Source: Paraburkholderia sp.
Lineage (GTDB): Bacteria; Pseudomonadota; Gammaproteobacteria; Burkholderiales; Burkholderiaceae
Direction of reading: 5' to 3'
DNA: 64,000 bases
Assembly: GCF_047605525.1 (NCBI RefSeq)
Contig: NZ_JASGFN010000022.1
Span: 65,611-129,610 of the forward strand
Shown here piece after piece: positions 1-9,473 of this stretch. The notes beneath the pieces were generated by a model. It saw only the letters and a list, made by a program, of their open reading frames with translations. It was not told the origin of the DNA and searched no databases. Made by a program: the position numbers and the translations under genes. Each line of letters begins with the position of its first letter. The stretch's first letter is position 1.

Positions 1-2
1 GG

Positions 3-821
3 CGGCTCATCGCCGAAGCGTTCAGCATGGTCGCGTTTGCGTCGATCAAGGAAGTCGTCAGCGAACGGGATCGCAAGATCGACGAATATACCGGGCGGCT
101 CGAGCGCGCGAATCACGAATTGATGCTGAAGCAACGGCTGGTCGGCGATCTGCACGAATCGCGGATGCAGATCACGCGCAGCGTCGTGCACGATCTGCGC
201 AATTTCCTCAATGCGTTTTCGATCGCACTGCAACTGATCGCGCGGGCGCCTTCCAAAGCCGAGACCGCGTTGACGCTCGCGAACCGCCAGGCCGCCGATA
301 TGAAGCAGCTCGTCGACCAGATGGTCGAGTACTCGGTCGTGCTGGGGGACGCCGCGCCGCTCGCGCTCGAATCCGTCGATCTGCGCGAGCTCTACGACGA
401 ACTCGTCGCGTCGACGCGGCCGTCGATCGAGGCCAAGGGGCTCGCGTTGCGCACCACGTTCGACGTGGCGCTGCCGGCCGTCATGTCGCATCGTCTGAAG
501 CTCAAGCAGATCGCGGTCAATCTGCTGTCCAACGCGATCAAGTACACGAAGTCGGGGCAGATCGAATTGCGGTTCGCGATGGACGGGCCCGAGCACTGGA
601 CGATTCGCGTGTCCGATACCGGCGTCGGCATCGCGGCCGCGGATGCGGATCGCGTGTTCGACGAATTCGAGCGCGCGGCCGGCGAGGACATTCCGGGTAC
701 GGGGCTCGGGCTCGCGATCGTCAGGGAGCTATGCCGCGTGCTGGACGGACGCATCGAATTCGCATCGCGTGAGGGGGTGGGGACGACGTTCGTGATCCGC
801 TTTCCCGTGCGGCTTCAGTAA
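3..821 (+). CDS. Sensor histidine kinase, C-terminal part (HisKA + HATPase_c); 5' end probably outside the window
   Basis: H-box VVHDLRNFLN, N-box NLLSNAIKYT, DTGVGI and GTGLGLAIV G-boxes; the frame is open back to the window edge (RLIAEAFS precedes the ATG at 27). Confidence 0.9.
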   Translation, partial: RLIAEAFSMVAFASIKEVVSERDRKIDEYTGRLERANHELMLKQRLVGDLHESRMQITRSVVHDLRNFLNAFSIALQLIARAPSKAETALTLANRQAADMKQLVDQMVEYSVVLGDAAPLALESVDLRELYDELVASTRPSIEAKGLALRTTFDVALPAVMSHRLKLKQIAVNLLSNAIKYTKSGQIELRFAMDGPEHWTIRVSDTGVGIAAADADRVFDEFERAAGEDIPGTGLGLAIVRELCRVLDGRIEFASREGVGTTFVIRFPVRLQ

Positions 822-948
822 TGTTTGCGCGAGGTCCGCGCGGTAATTTATGCAGGCGCCGCGGGGCGGCCGCGGGTGTTCCGCTAAATTGCCCGCATCG
901 CAACGGTGGCTTTCCTTCAGCCCCTCGGCCCGCCCTCCGCAATCGCGC

Positions 949-1449
949 ATGATCCGCATGATCCATATCCAGCTCGCCCACTTCCCCGAACAGCTCGAGA
1001 TCGTCCGGACCATCTTTCGCGAATACGCCGAAAGCCTCGGCATCGATCTCGGTTTCCAGCAATTCGATGCCGAACTCGCCGGCCTGCCCGGCAAATTCGC
1101 GGCGCCGCGGGGCCGCGTGCTGCTCGCGAGCAACGACGACGGCGAGATCGTCGGCTGCGTCGCGATGCGTCCGCTCGACGCAACGACCTGCGAAATGAAA
1201 CGCCTCTATGTGCGCCCCGCGGGGCGCGGTCTGCATGTGGGCCGGCAACTCGCCGTGCAGATCTGCGCGGCGGCGAAACAGGCCGGTTATCGGCGCATGC
1301 GCCTCGACACGCTGCCGACCATGCACGCGGCCCTCGGCCTCTATGCGTCGCTCGGTTTCGAACCGATCGAGGCCTACGTGTTCAACCCGATCCCCGGCGC
1401 GATTTTTCTCGAGTGCGATCTGACGCGACAGCGCGAGCCATCGGCGTAG
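949..1449 (+). CDS. GNAT family N-acetyltransferase
   Basis: CEMKRLYVRPAGRGLHVGRQL (acetyl-CoA binding motif A) and MHAALGLYASLGF; start taken at ATG 949 (958 possible). Confidence 0.88.
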   Translation: MIRMIHIQLAHFPEQLEIVRTIFREYAESLGIDLGFQQFDAELAGLPGKFAAPRGRVLLASNDDGEIVGCVAMRPLDATTCEMKRLYVRPAGRGLHVGRQLAVQICAAAKQAGYRRMRLDTLPTMHAALGLYASLGFEPIEAYVFNPIPGAIFLECDLTRQREPSA

Positions 1450-1460
1450 CCTCGCATCGC

Positions 1461-1883
1461 TCACCGCGGCGCCGGTGCGCCACGGCCGGCGGCCAGGCAA
1501 TCGCTCAGCGCGCCGCCCTGCTCGCTCAGGCCGCGCACGACCACCTCCGACGATTTGCCGTCGCGCCGCGCGAGTTCGGCGAGATCGAGCAACGCCGCGT
1601 ATCGCGCGGAACAGTCCCGTGGCGCCGCACGGGTGTGATTCGCGTGACGGTCGTCGGCGGCCGCGACGAATGCGTTTATCGCCAGCAGCGTCGCGATGAC
1701 GATCGTTGCGAATGCAGCGACGTGGCAGACTGCGCGCCTCGGTGACGTGTCGAGCAGCGGCCGGGGCGCCGCACTCGCCTGCCGCGCTCGCGTCGTAGCG
1801 CCGCTCGCGTCGCGCCGGACGGCACGACGCAAGCGCAGAGATTCGATGCAGGCTCTGATTCGCATCGCCGTGTTCATCGTCAT
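1461..1883 (-). CDS. Hypothetical membrane-anchored protein (one hydrophobic segment, C-terminal Cys pair)
   Basis: ATG at 1883 overlaps the upstream TGA (ATGA); hydrophobic VAAFATIVIATLLAINAFVAA; then DCSARY...LSDCL. Confidence 0.6.
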   Translation of the reverse strand: MTMNTAMRIRACIESLRLRRAVRRDASGATTRARQASAAPRPLLDTSPRRAVCHVAAFATIVIATLLAINAFVAAADDRHANHTRAAPRDCSARYAALLDLAELARRDGKSSEVVVRGLSEQGGALSDCLAAGRGAPAPR

Positions 1884-2809
1884 GCCCAATGCGCCGGTAC
1901 CCAGACCCGGCCGACCCAGTGGCCCGGCACCCACACGACGGCCCGCGGCGCGACATAAACCGGCCGCGGCGCCACGTACACGGCAGGCGGCGGGAGCGGC
2001 GGCGCATAAACGACCGGCGGCGGCGGAACATAGGCCGGCGCGGGCGTTATCACCACCGGCTTCGGTGGCACATACACGACCGGCGGCGGCGGTGGCGTCA
2101 CAACCACCGGCTTCGGCGCAACGACGACCGTCGTGCCGGTCGTCGTTCCACCCGCCACCACGACGCCGCCCGTGACCACCGTGCCGCTCGTCGCCACCGT
2201 GCTGCCGTGCGTGCCGGTCACGCTCGTCGAGGTCGTCACGACGCCCGGCGCGACACGCGTGGCCGTGCCCGAGTGATAGACGCTGCCGTTATCGGGGCCG
2301 GTCACCGTGCCCGAGCGCGAGCAGGTCGAGCCCGCGCAATTCGTCGATGCCGAATGGTTGTAGGAATTGCCGTTCGAACCCGTGACCGTGCCCGACGACG
2401 AATACTGACCCGGCGCGGTGCGCGTCACGTCGCCGGAGGTGGTCGCCGTCTTGCCGTCCGGGCCGGTCATCGTGCCCGTGTGTGAGCAGGTGCCGCTCGC
2501 GCAGCTAGTGTCGCCCGAATGCTGTACCGAATTGCCGTAGCGGCCGGTCGCGGTGCCCGAGTTCGAGAACTGGCCCGGCGCGGTGCGCGTGACCGTGCCG
2601 GTATTGCTCGCGAAACCGCCGTACGGGCCGGCGACGCCGCCCGCATGCGAGCAACTGCCGCCGCCGCACGAGCCGTAGTGCGCGCCGTTATAGATGCCGC
2701 GCGACGTGTATGCGGTGCCATGCCCCGACCACGCGAACGCCGATGCGCTGCCGAGCGCGAGCACGGCCGCTGCCACGCCGAATACGAGTTTGCGCAACAC
2801 GCCGCGCAC
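1880..2809 (-). CDS. Secreted Gly/Ser/Thr-rich repeat protein with Pro-rich region and C-terminal WxxGxW-type motif
   Basis: Signal peptide RKLVFGVAAAVLALGSASAFA after GTG 2809 (or 2800); three 55-aa repeats; Pro/Val/Tyr-rich stretch; ends WVPGHWVGRVWVPAHWA. Confidence 0.75.
   Translation of the reverse strand: MRGVLRKLVFGVAAAVLALGSASAFAWSGHGTAYTSRGIYNGAHYGSCGGGSCSHAGGVAGPYGGFASNTGTVTRTAPGQFSNSGTATGRYGNSVQHSGDTSCASGTCSHTGTMTGPDGKTATTSGDVTRTAPGQYSSSGTVTGSNGNSYNHSASTNCAGSTCSRSGTVTGPDNGSVYHSGTATRVAPGVVTTSTSVTGTHGSTVATSGTVVTGGVVVAGGTTTGTTVVVAPKPVVVTPPPPPVVYVPPKPVVITPAPAYVPPPPVVYAPPLPPPAVYVAPRPVYVAPRAVVWVPGHWVGRVWVPAHWA
2174..2668 (-). repeat. Three diverged 165-bp (55-aa) coding tandem repeats
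   Basis: First Cys codons of CGGGSC, CASGTC and CAGSTC at 2668, 2503, 2338; CCCGGCGCG (APG) at 2574, 2409, 2244; both series spaced exactly 165 nt. Confidence 0.85.
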
Positions 2810-3174
2810 GGAGGAACGGTCAGACGATGCTTCGACACAAACGGCGCCGGCAACGTGGGCGTCGGCCTTGACGGAACCTGCGAATGAACGGTTTTTCACG
2901 GTATGTCCTTGCTGGATTCGGGCCACCTGGGTCACTGCTGCGTGGCGACGAACGGACTATAGAAGGACATGCCGGGTAAATCATCACGGAAGATATGTCA
3001 CGCTGTTTCACCGCGACGGAGGGCCGCTGGACAAGGGTTTGCGGGCGTTTTGAGGGTGCCGCGACATATTTCGACATAGTTTGTCGCGGGCGGGCGGCGG
3101 CGGAAAAGGACGCAAGCGCGGGTGCGAATGCAGAGTCGCCTGCGACCACATGGGTACATGCAGCGCAGGCGCAC

Positions 3175-3753
3175 TCACTGCTCCGCCGGCGTCACCTGCA
3201 CGGCCGCGGCCGACACGAACGCCGCATGCACGGTATCGCCGACCTTCACGTCGCTCAGATCGACGTCGGGCGCCGCCTGGAACATTTGGGTCTGGTACGC
3301 GCCGCGCAACGTGACGAGGCGCTGCTTGCGATCGATCTTCAGCACCGTCGCGAGCACCTCGGTCTGACGCGCCGACTCGTATCCGCCCGACGCCGGCGTG
3401 TACGTCTGTTTGTCGACCCGCTCGCGGATGCCCTTGCCCGCGCCGCTGACCTTGTCGACCTTCGTCAGCAGCGCGTTCTTGTAGAGGACGTCGACGCGAT
3501 CGCCGACCTTCAGTTGATCGAAGCCGACCAGTTGCTGGCTCACGAGCACGACCGCGATATTGCCGTGCTCGCCCTTGAGCGTGAGCGTGCGGGTGCCCGG
3601 ATCGATGCCGACGATCTCCGCCTTCATATGCACCGGCTGCGCCGCGCTGAGCACGCCTTGCGCGGTGCTCGCCATGTCATCCTGCGCGCGCGCCGGCTGG
3701 GCCGCGGCGACCAGCACGATCATCAACGCCGCGCCCATCGTTGCTGTTTTCAT
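3175..3753 (-). CDS. Exported hypothetical protein with two internal OB-fold-like repeats
   Basis: Signal peptide ending PARA-QD; duplicated pattern (I/V)xxIDxxxRxxTL(K/R)G...(L/V)KVGDxV. Confidence 0.75.
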   Translation of the reverse strand: MKTATMGAALMIVLVAAAQPARAQDDMASTAQGVLSAAQPVHMKAEIVGIDPGTRTLTLKGEHGNIAVVLVSQQLVGFDQLKVGDRVDVLYKNALLTKVDKVSGAGKGIRERVDKQTYTPASGGYESARQTEVLATVLKIDRKQRLVTLRGAYQTQMFQAAPDVDLSDVKVGDTVHAAFVSAAAVQVTPAEQ

Positions 3754-4010
3754 TTGCGTTCCCCTTGATGAATGCCCGCATCTTCAGAACGACTACTTCA
3801 CGCGGTATGACGCGAACGATTGTACCCATCCGATCAATACCACTTTCCCGTGCGCGCCGATACGCAATCCGACCGCGCGCGACGCAAAAAGAAACAGCCC
3901 CAATCGCCGAAACGATGGGGCTGCTGGATGACGCTGGATGAAACCCGCGAGGCGCGGTGAACGGCGAGCACGAGTCGAAACCGCGTGCCCCGCTTCCCGC
4001 GCTACACCTA

Positions 4011-5213
4011 TTACACGCGCTCGATAGCGATCGCGATACCCTGGCCGACGCCGATGCACATGGTACACAGCGCGAAACGGCCTTGCGTGCGCTGCAACTG
4101 ATACGTCGCGGTCGTCACGAGACGCGCGCCGCTCATGCCGAGCGGATGGCCGAGCGCAATCGCGCCGCCGTTCGGATTGACGCGAGGATCGTCGTCGGCG
4201 ACGCCGAGCGCGCGCAGCACCGCGATACCTTGCGACGCGAATGCTTCGTTCAGCTCGATCACGTCGAACTGGTCGATCGTCATGTTCAGGCGCGCGAGCA
4301 GCTTTTGCGTGGCGGGAGCCGGGCCGATGCCCATCACGCGCGGCGCGACGCCGGCCGTGGCGACACCCAGCACGCGGGCGCGCGGCGTGAGGCCGAAGCG
4401 CTTCGCGGTGGCTTCGTTCGCGAGCAGCAGCGCGGCCGCGCCGTCGTTCACGCCCGATGCGTTACCGGCCGTGACCGTGCCGTCCGGACGCACGACGCCC
4501 TTCAGCTTCGCGAGCGCCTCGAGGCTGGTCTCGCGCGGATGCTCGTCCTGCGACACCGTGATCGGATCGCCCTTCTTCTGCGCGATCGTCACGCCGACGA
4601 TTTCCTGCGCGAACGTGCCGTCGCGTTGCGCGCGCGCGGCCTTCTGCTGGCTGCGCAGCGCGAATGCGTCCTGATCGGCGCGGCTGATGTTGTAGTCGGT
4701 CGCGACGTTCTCGGCGGTTTCCGGCATCGAGTCGACGCCGTACAGCTTCTTCATCAGCGGGTTGACGAAACGCCAGCCGATCGTCGTGTCGTAGACCTCG
4801 TTCTGACGCGAGAACGCGCTGGTCGCCTTGGGCATCACGAACGGCGCGCGGCTCATGCTTTCGACACCGCCCGCGATCATCAGCGCCGCCTCGCCCGACT
4901 TGATCGCGCGCGCCGCGATGCCGACCGCGTCCATGCCCGAGCCGCACAGACGGTTCACCGTCGACCCCGCCACGTCCTTCGGCAGACCCGCGAGCAGCAG
5001 CGACATGCGCGCGACGTTGCGGTTGTCGTCGCCGGCCTGGTTCGCGCAGCCGTAGATCACGTCGTCGATCGCGCTCCAGTCGACGTTCTTGTTGCGCTCC
5101 ATCAGCGCCTTCAGCGGCACCGCGCCGAGGTCGTCGGCGCGCACCGAGGACAGCGAACCCGCATAGCGGCCAATGGGGGTGCGAATCGCGTCGCACAGGA
5201 AAGCTTCGGTCAT
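4011..5213 (-). CDS. pcaF: 3-oxoadipyl-CoA thiolase
   Basis: MTEAFLCDAIRTPIGRY, NRLCGSG catalytic Cys, GGAIALGHPLG and MCIGVGQG thiolase motifs; 400 aa. Confidence 0.92.
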   Translation of the reverse strand: MTEAFLCDAIRTPIGRYAGSLSSVRADDLGAVPLKALMERNKNVDWSAIDDVIYGCANQAGDDNRNVARMSLLLAGLPKDVAGSTVNRLCGSGMDAVGIAARAIKSGEAALMIAGGVESMSRAPFVMPKATSAFSRQNEVYDTTIGWRFVNPLMKKLYGVDSMPETAENVATDYNISRADQDAFALRSQQKAARAQRDGTFAQEIVGVTIAQKKGDPITVSQDEHPRETSLEALAKLKGVVRPDGTVTAGNASGVNDGAAALLLANEATAKRFGLTPRARVLGVATAGVAPRVMGIGPAPATQKLLARLNMTIDQFDVIELNEAFASQGIAVLRALGVADDDPRVNPNGGAIALGHPLGMSGARLVTTATYQLQRTQGRFALCTMCIGVGQGIAIAIERV

Positions 5214-5388
5214 GAGATGTCTCCAGTTGAGATGCTGCGTGCGCCGCGCCGCGGCCGCCTTGCCGCGATGACGCGGGTTCGATGCGCTGACGCATCGCCC
5301 GGCGAGGCATGACGGCAAGCTGCGAGGATCGTGAACGATGGGCGTGGGATTGCCGATGGTTGCGGCTATCACCTTTCGTTGCCCGGCC

Positions 5389-5430
5389 TTTTGTTCTTTA
5401 CACGAACACAAGGTCACATATCGAACAAAC
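5389..5430 (-). promoter_or_regulatory. Candidate PcaR/PobR-type operator pair upstream of pcaF
   Basis: Minus strand reads TTTGTTCGATATGTGACC and GTTCGTGTAAAGAACAAA, resembling the GTTCG-N5-CG(A/C)AC IclR/PcaR box. Confidence 0.5.
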
Positions 5431-5537
5431 AGGCACGATGATGGCGCGTGCGCGAAAGCATGTCAAGCATGGCCGGACCGATGCCAGGAGATACCAGGGA
5501 ATACGCGCAGGTTCCTTTCCGCAAACGTCAACGCACG

Positions 5538-6518
5538 TCAGCGCACGTCGATCCCCTCGTCCTCGATATAGCCGCGGATCACGTCCGCGAAGCCGCGCTC
5601 GCCGGCAAGCCCCAGCCGTTCGGCGCGCGACGTATCCCACGCATCCGGCCAACTGCCGACGATCTTCTCGATGCGCTCGTCGGGTTGCCGCACGATACGG
5701 CTCGCCACCGCGTCGCCCGCGACCTCGCGCAGCGCCGCGATCATTTCGTCGACGCTGACTGAAATTCCCGGCAGGTTCACCACACGCTGCCGGCCGAGCG
5801 CGGCGCCATCAAGTTCGAGTCCGGCGATCAGGCTTTCAATCGCCTTGCGTGGCGACAGCAGCCAGAGCCGCGTCGAACCTGCAACTGGACACACGGCTTC
5901 TTCGCCGTTCAGCGGCTCGCGGATGATGCCGCTCGCGAACGACGACGCCGCCGCGTTCGGCCGCCCCGGCCGCACGCTGATCGTCGGCAGCCGCAGCACG
6001 CGACCGTCGACGAAACCGCGTCGCGAGTAGTCGTTGAGCAGCAGCTCCGCGATCGCCTTCTGCGCGCCATACGACGATTGCGGATTGAGCGCGGTGTCGT
6101 CCCGCACGACGTCGGGCAGATCGCCGCCGTAAACCGCGACCGAACTCGTGAACACGACGCGCGGCTGGTGCCCGCGCTGCCGGCAGATCTCGAGCAGCAA
6201 CCGCGACGCGTCGAGATTGATGCGCATGCCGAGATCGAAATCCGCCTCGGCCTGCCCGCTGACGATCGCGGCCAGATGGAAGATCGCCGAAGTCCTGTCG
6301 TCGATCGCGCGTTCGAGCACGCTGCGCCCGGCAATGTCGCCCACTTCGGTGCGCACGCGTCTGTCGCCGAAATCGTTGGCGCGCACGACGTCGAGCAGCA
6401 CCAGCTCGGTAATCGCTTGCGGCGCGCCGTGTGCGTCCTTCAGCGTCTCGCGCGCGAGCAGTTCGCGCGCGAGACGCTGGCCGAGAAAACCGGCGCCGCC
6501 GGTGATCAGTACTTTCAT
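5538..6518 (-). CDS. denD: D-erythronate dehydrogenase (extended SDR)
   Basis: MKVLITGGAGFLG, YGAQK catalytic YxxxK, RPGRPNAAASSF; sits in the otn cluster. Confidence 0.85.
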   Translation of the reverse strand: MKVLITGGAGFLGQRLARELLARETLKDAHGAPQAITELVLLDVVRANDFGDRRVRTEVGDIAGRSVLERAIDDRTSAIFHLAAIVSGQAEADFDLGMRINLDASRLLLEICRQRGHQPRVVFTSSVAVYGGDLPDVVRDDTALNPQSSYGAQKAIAELLLNDYSRRGFVDGRVLRLPTISVRPGRPNAAASSFASGIIREPLNGEEAVCPVAGSTRLWLLSPRKAIESLIAGLELDGAALGRQRVVNLPGISVSVDEMIAALREVAGDAVASRIVRQPDERIEKIVGSWPDAWDTSRAERLGLAGERGFADVIRGYIEDEGIDVR

Positions 6519-6567
6519 GGTTGCGTGTCCGTGGTGATGGAGGGTGATGAGCGGTTCTACGCGGCGC

Positions 6568-7356
6568 TCAACTCGCCGTGTCCAGATATGGCCTGATCCA
6601 GCCGAGCCCCGCCGACGTCGCCGCGCGCGGCCGGTATTCGCAGCCGATGTAGCCGTCGTAGCCGAGCGAATCAATGAGGTCGAACAGGTACGGGTAATTC
6701 AGCTCGCCGATATCCGGCTCGTGCCGCTCGGGCACGCCGGCAATCTGTATATGGCCGATGCCCGGCATATCGCGGCGCAGTTTCATCGCCAGATCGCCTT
6801 CGACGATCTGGCAGTGATAGCAGTCGAACTGCACCCGCAGATTCGGCGCGCCGACTTCGGCGCAGATCGCCTGCGCGTCGTCCTGGCGATTGAGGAAATA
6901 GCCGGGGATGTCCCGCGTATTGATCGGCTCGATGACAACCATGATCTGTTCGGCTTGCGCCTGCTGCGCGGCATACGCGAGATTCTTCAGATAGACGTCG
7001 CGATGCCTGTCGCGCGGCTGATCCTTTGCGATCAGACCCGCCATCACATGCAGCTTGCGATTGCCGAGCACGCGCGCGTAGTCGAGCGCCGTCTCGACGC
7101 TGCGCCTGAATTCGTCCTCGCGGCCGGGCAACGACGCAAGGCCGCGCTCGCCGCCGCTCCAGTCGCCGGGCGGCGCATTGAAGAGCGCCTGCGTGAGAGC
7201 GTGCGCGTCGAGCCGCGCCTTCAGCTCGCCCGCGCGGAACTCGTACGGAAACAGGAATTCGACCGCCTTGAAGCCGTCGCGCGCAGCGGCGGCGAAACGA
7301 TCGAGAAACGCGTGCTCGTTGTACATCATCGTCAGATTGGCAGCGAAGCGAGGCAT
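6568..7356 (-). CDS. otnI: 2-oxo-tetronate isomerase (hydroxypyruvate isomerase family)
   Basis: [45 protein letters not shown]. Confidence 0.87.
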   Translation of the reverse strand: MPRFAANLTMMYNEHAFLDRFAAAARDGFKAVEFLFPYEFRAGELKARLDAHALTQALFNAPPGDWSGGERGLASLPGREDEFRRSVETALDYARVLGNRKLHVMAGLIAKDQPRDRHRDVYLKNLAYAAQQAQAEQIMVVIEPINTRDIPGYFLNRQDDAQAICAEVGAPNLRVQFDCYHCQIVEGDLAMKLRRDMPGIGHIQIAGVPERHEPDIGELNYPYLFDLIDSLGYDGYIGCEYRPRAATSAGLGWIRPYLDTAS

Positions 7357-7470
7357 GGCGGCAACTCCTTGAAAACGGGGTGATGCGGGGTGAGATGGCG
7401 TACGGCGCTCACAGCGGACAAACGCGCCGCACGCAAGCGGCAACGGGCCGGCTCGTCGCGGCGCGGGCCG

Positions 7471-8133
7471 CTACCAGCGCGCGCCGAATACGGCACGCAG
7501 TTCTTCGATGGCGGCTTCGTCGAGCGGCGCGGGCCGCGGATTCGTCATCAGCCACAAACGCGCGGTTTCCTCAAGTTCCTCGAGCGCATACGACGCCTGC
7601 GCGACCGACCGCTCCCACACCACGGGCCCCAGACGTTCGAGCAGCACCGCGCGCACGCTATCGGCGAGCGCGGCGATCCGCGCGGCCACTTGCGGATCGC
7701 CGGGACGGCGATAGCGAATCAGCGGGACGTGGCCCACTTTCATCACGTAGTACGGCGTCAGCGGCGGCAGCACGTCGGTCTCGCTCCACACGCCCGCGAG
7801 CGTCAACGCGACCAGGTGCGTCGAATGCGTATGGACGATCCCCCGCGCGTCGCCGTTGCGCGCATAGATGCCGCGATGCAGCGCCAGCGTTTTCGATGGC
7901 TTGCCGCCCGACACCGCGCGGCCGTCGACGTCGACCTTCGCGATATCGGCGGGGTCGAGACGGCCAAGGCATGCGTCGGTGGGCGTGATGAGCCAGCCGT
8001 CGTCGAGCCGAGCGCTGATGTTGCCGGCGGTGCCGACCGTATAGCCGCGCTGGTAGAGACTCGCGCCGACTGCGCAGATTTCCTCGCGCACGCGAGCTTC
8101 AGCGGAGGTGTGGAGTGCGGGCGCGCCGGTCAT
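7471..8133 (-). CDS. otnC: 3-oxo-tetronate 4-phosphate decarboxylase (class II aldolase family)
   Basis: AGNISARL, KPSKTLALH, VHTHSTH metal motif; ATG 8133 overlaps the otnK TGA. Confidence 0.87.
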   Translation of the reverse strand: MTGAPALHTSAEARVREEICAVGASLYQRGYTVGTAGNISARLDDGWLITPTDACLGRLDPADIAKVDVDGRAVSGGKPSKTLALHRGIYARNGDARGIVHTHSTHLVALTLAGVWSETDVLPPLTPYYVMKVGHVPLIRYRRPGDPQVAARIAALADSVRAVLLERLGPVVWERSVAQASYALEELEETARLWLMTNPRPAPLDEAAIEELRAVFGARW

Positions 8134-9458
8134 TGCGCGCCTCCATCGAGATGGCGCAGCGCCTTTTCGAAGAAATCGGGCGAGCCGAAGTTGCCGGACT
8201 TCAACGCGAGCGCGAGCGGCTCCGCGCCGGTCGTCGCGGTGGCCGGCACGCCGGGATCGATCTGCGCGCCGATACGCAGCGTGCGCACGTCGAGCGCCTG
8301 CACGACCGCGCCCGAGGTCTCGCCGCCCGCGACGATGAACTTGCGCACGCCGCGCTCGCGCAGCCCGCGCGCAATCGACGCCAGCGTCGCCTCGACCAGG
8401 TGCCCCGCCTCGTCGACGCCGAGTTCGCGCTGCACGGCCTTCACTTCGTCGGGCGACGCGGTTGCATAGATCAGCACCGGCTCCGCGCGATCGAGGCTCG
8501 TCTGCGCAAACGCGAGCGCCTGTTCGACGACGGGCTCGCCGCGCGCCGCCGCGAGCGGATCGATGCGAAACGCCGGCCGCGTGGCGCACCATGCGGCGAC
8601 CTGCGCATTGGTCGCTTTCGACGCGCTGCCCGCGAGCACCGCCGCCAATCCCGCGACGCGCGGCAGTTGCGCGGCATCGTTGTGCTCGCCGAGCAGACCC
8701 GCGCGCCGGAAGTTGGCCGGCAAGCCGAGCGCGACACCGGAGCCGCCCGTGATCAGCGCGAGATCCGCGCATGCCGCGCCGAGCGTGTGCAGATCGGCAT
8801 CGGAAATCGCATCGGCAATCGCGATGCGCACGCCGTCGGCGCGCAGTGCGTCGAACGCGGCACGCACCGCCGGCGTGCCTTGCGCCACCGCGTCATAACG
8901 CACGAGGCCGACCTTCGATGCGGTCTGCCGCCGCAGCACGCGCACGAGATTCGCATCGCGCATCGGCGTGAGCGGATGGTTTTCCATGCCCGACTCGTTG
9001 AGCAGCGCATCGCCGACGAACAGATGGCCGCGAAAGATCGTGCGGCCGTTCTCCGGAAACGCCGGACACGCGATCGTGAACGACGCGCCCTCGGCAAACT
9101 CAGCGGACAGCGCATTCAGCAACGCATCGGTCACGGGACCGATATTGCCCGCATCGGTCGAATCGAAGGTCGAGCAGTACTTGAAGAAGAACTGGCGGCA
9201 ACCTTGCGCGCGCAGCCAGTCGAGCGCGGCAAGCGATTGAGCGACCGCGTCGGCGGCGGCGATCGTGCGCGACTTCAGCGCCACCACCAGCGCGTCGGCC
9301 TCGAGCGCTTCGTTCGACGCCGGCACGCCGATCGTCTGCACCGTACGCATGCCGCCGCGCACGAGCATGTTGGCGAGGTCGGTGGCCCCGGTGAAATCGT
9401 CGGCGATACAGCCGAGCAGCGCGCCGTTCGCGCCTACCGCTTTTGTGCTAACCGTCAT
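8130..9458 (-). CDS. otnK: 3-oxo-tetronate kinase (four-carbon acid sugar kinase family)
   Basis: IADDFTGATDLA, FKYCSTFDST, AGGETSG, LKSGNFG. Confidence 0.92.
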   Translation of the reverse strand: MTVSTKAVGANGALLGCIADDFTGATDLANMLVRGGMRTVQTIGVPASNEALEADALVVALKSRTIAAADAVAQSLAALDWLRAQGCRQFFFKYCSTFDSTDAGNIGPVTDALLNALSAEFAEGASFTIACPAFPENGRTIFRGHLFVGDALLNESGMENHPLTPMRDANLVRVLRRQTASKVGLVRYDAVAQGTPAVRAAFDALRADGVRIAIADAISDADLHTLGAACADLALITGGSGVALGLPANFRRAGLLGEHNDAAQLPRVAGLAAVLAGSASKATNAQVAAWCATRPAFRIDPLAAARGEPVVEQALAFAQTSLDRAEPVLIYATASPDEVKAVQRELGVDEAGHLVEATLASIARGLRERGVRKFIVAGGETSGAVVQALDVRTLRIGAQIDPGVPATATTGAEPLALALKSGNFGSPDFFEKALRHLDGGAQ

Positions 9459-9473
9459 GACAGAGGCTCCCGC

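Noticed and set aside
7471-8772. 433-aa ORF for otnC, and similar in-frame extensions (23702-25339 phnL, 28982-30889 idnD, 4011-5417 pcaF)
   Set aside because: Upstream parts overlap other real genes or promoters; family homology starts at the internal ATGs listed
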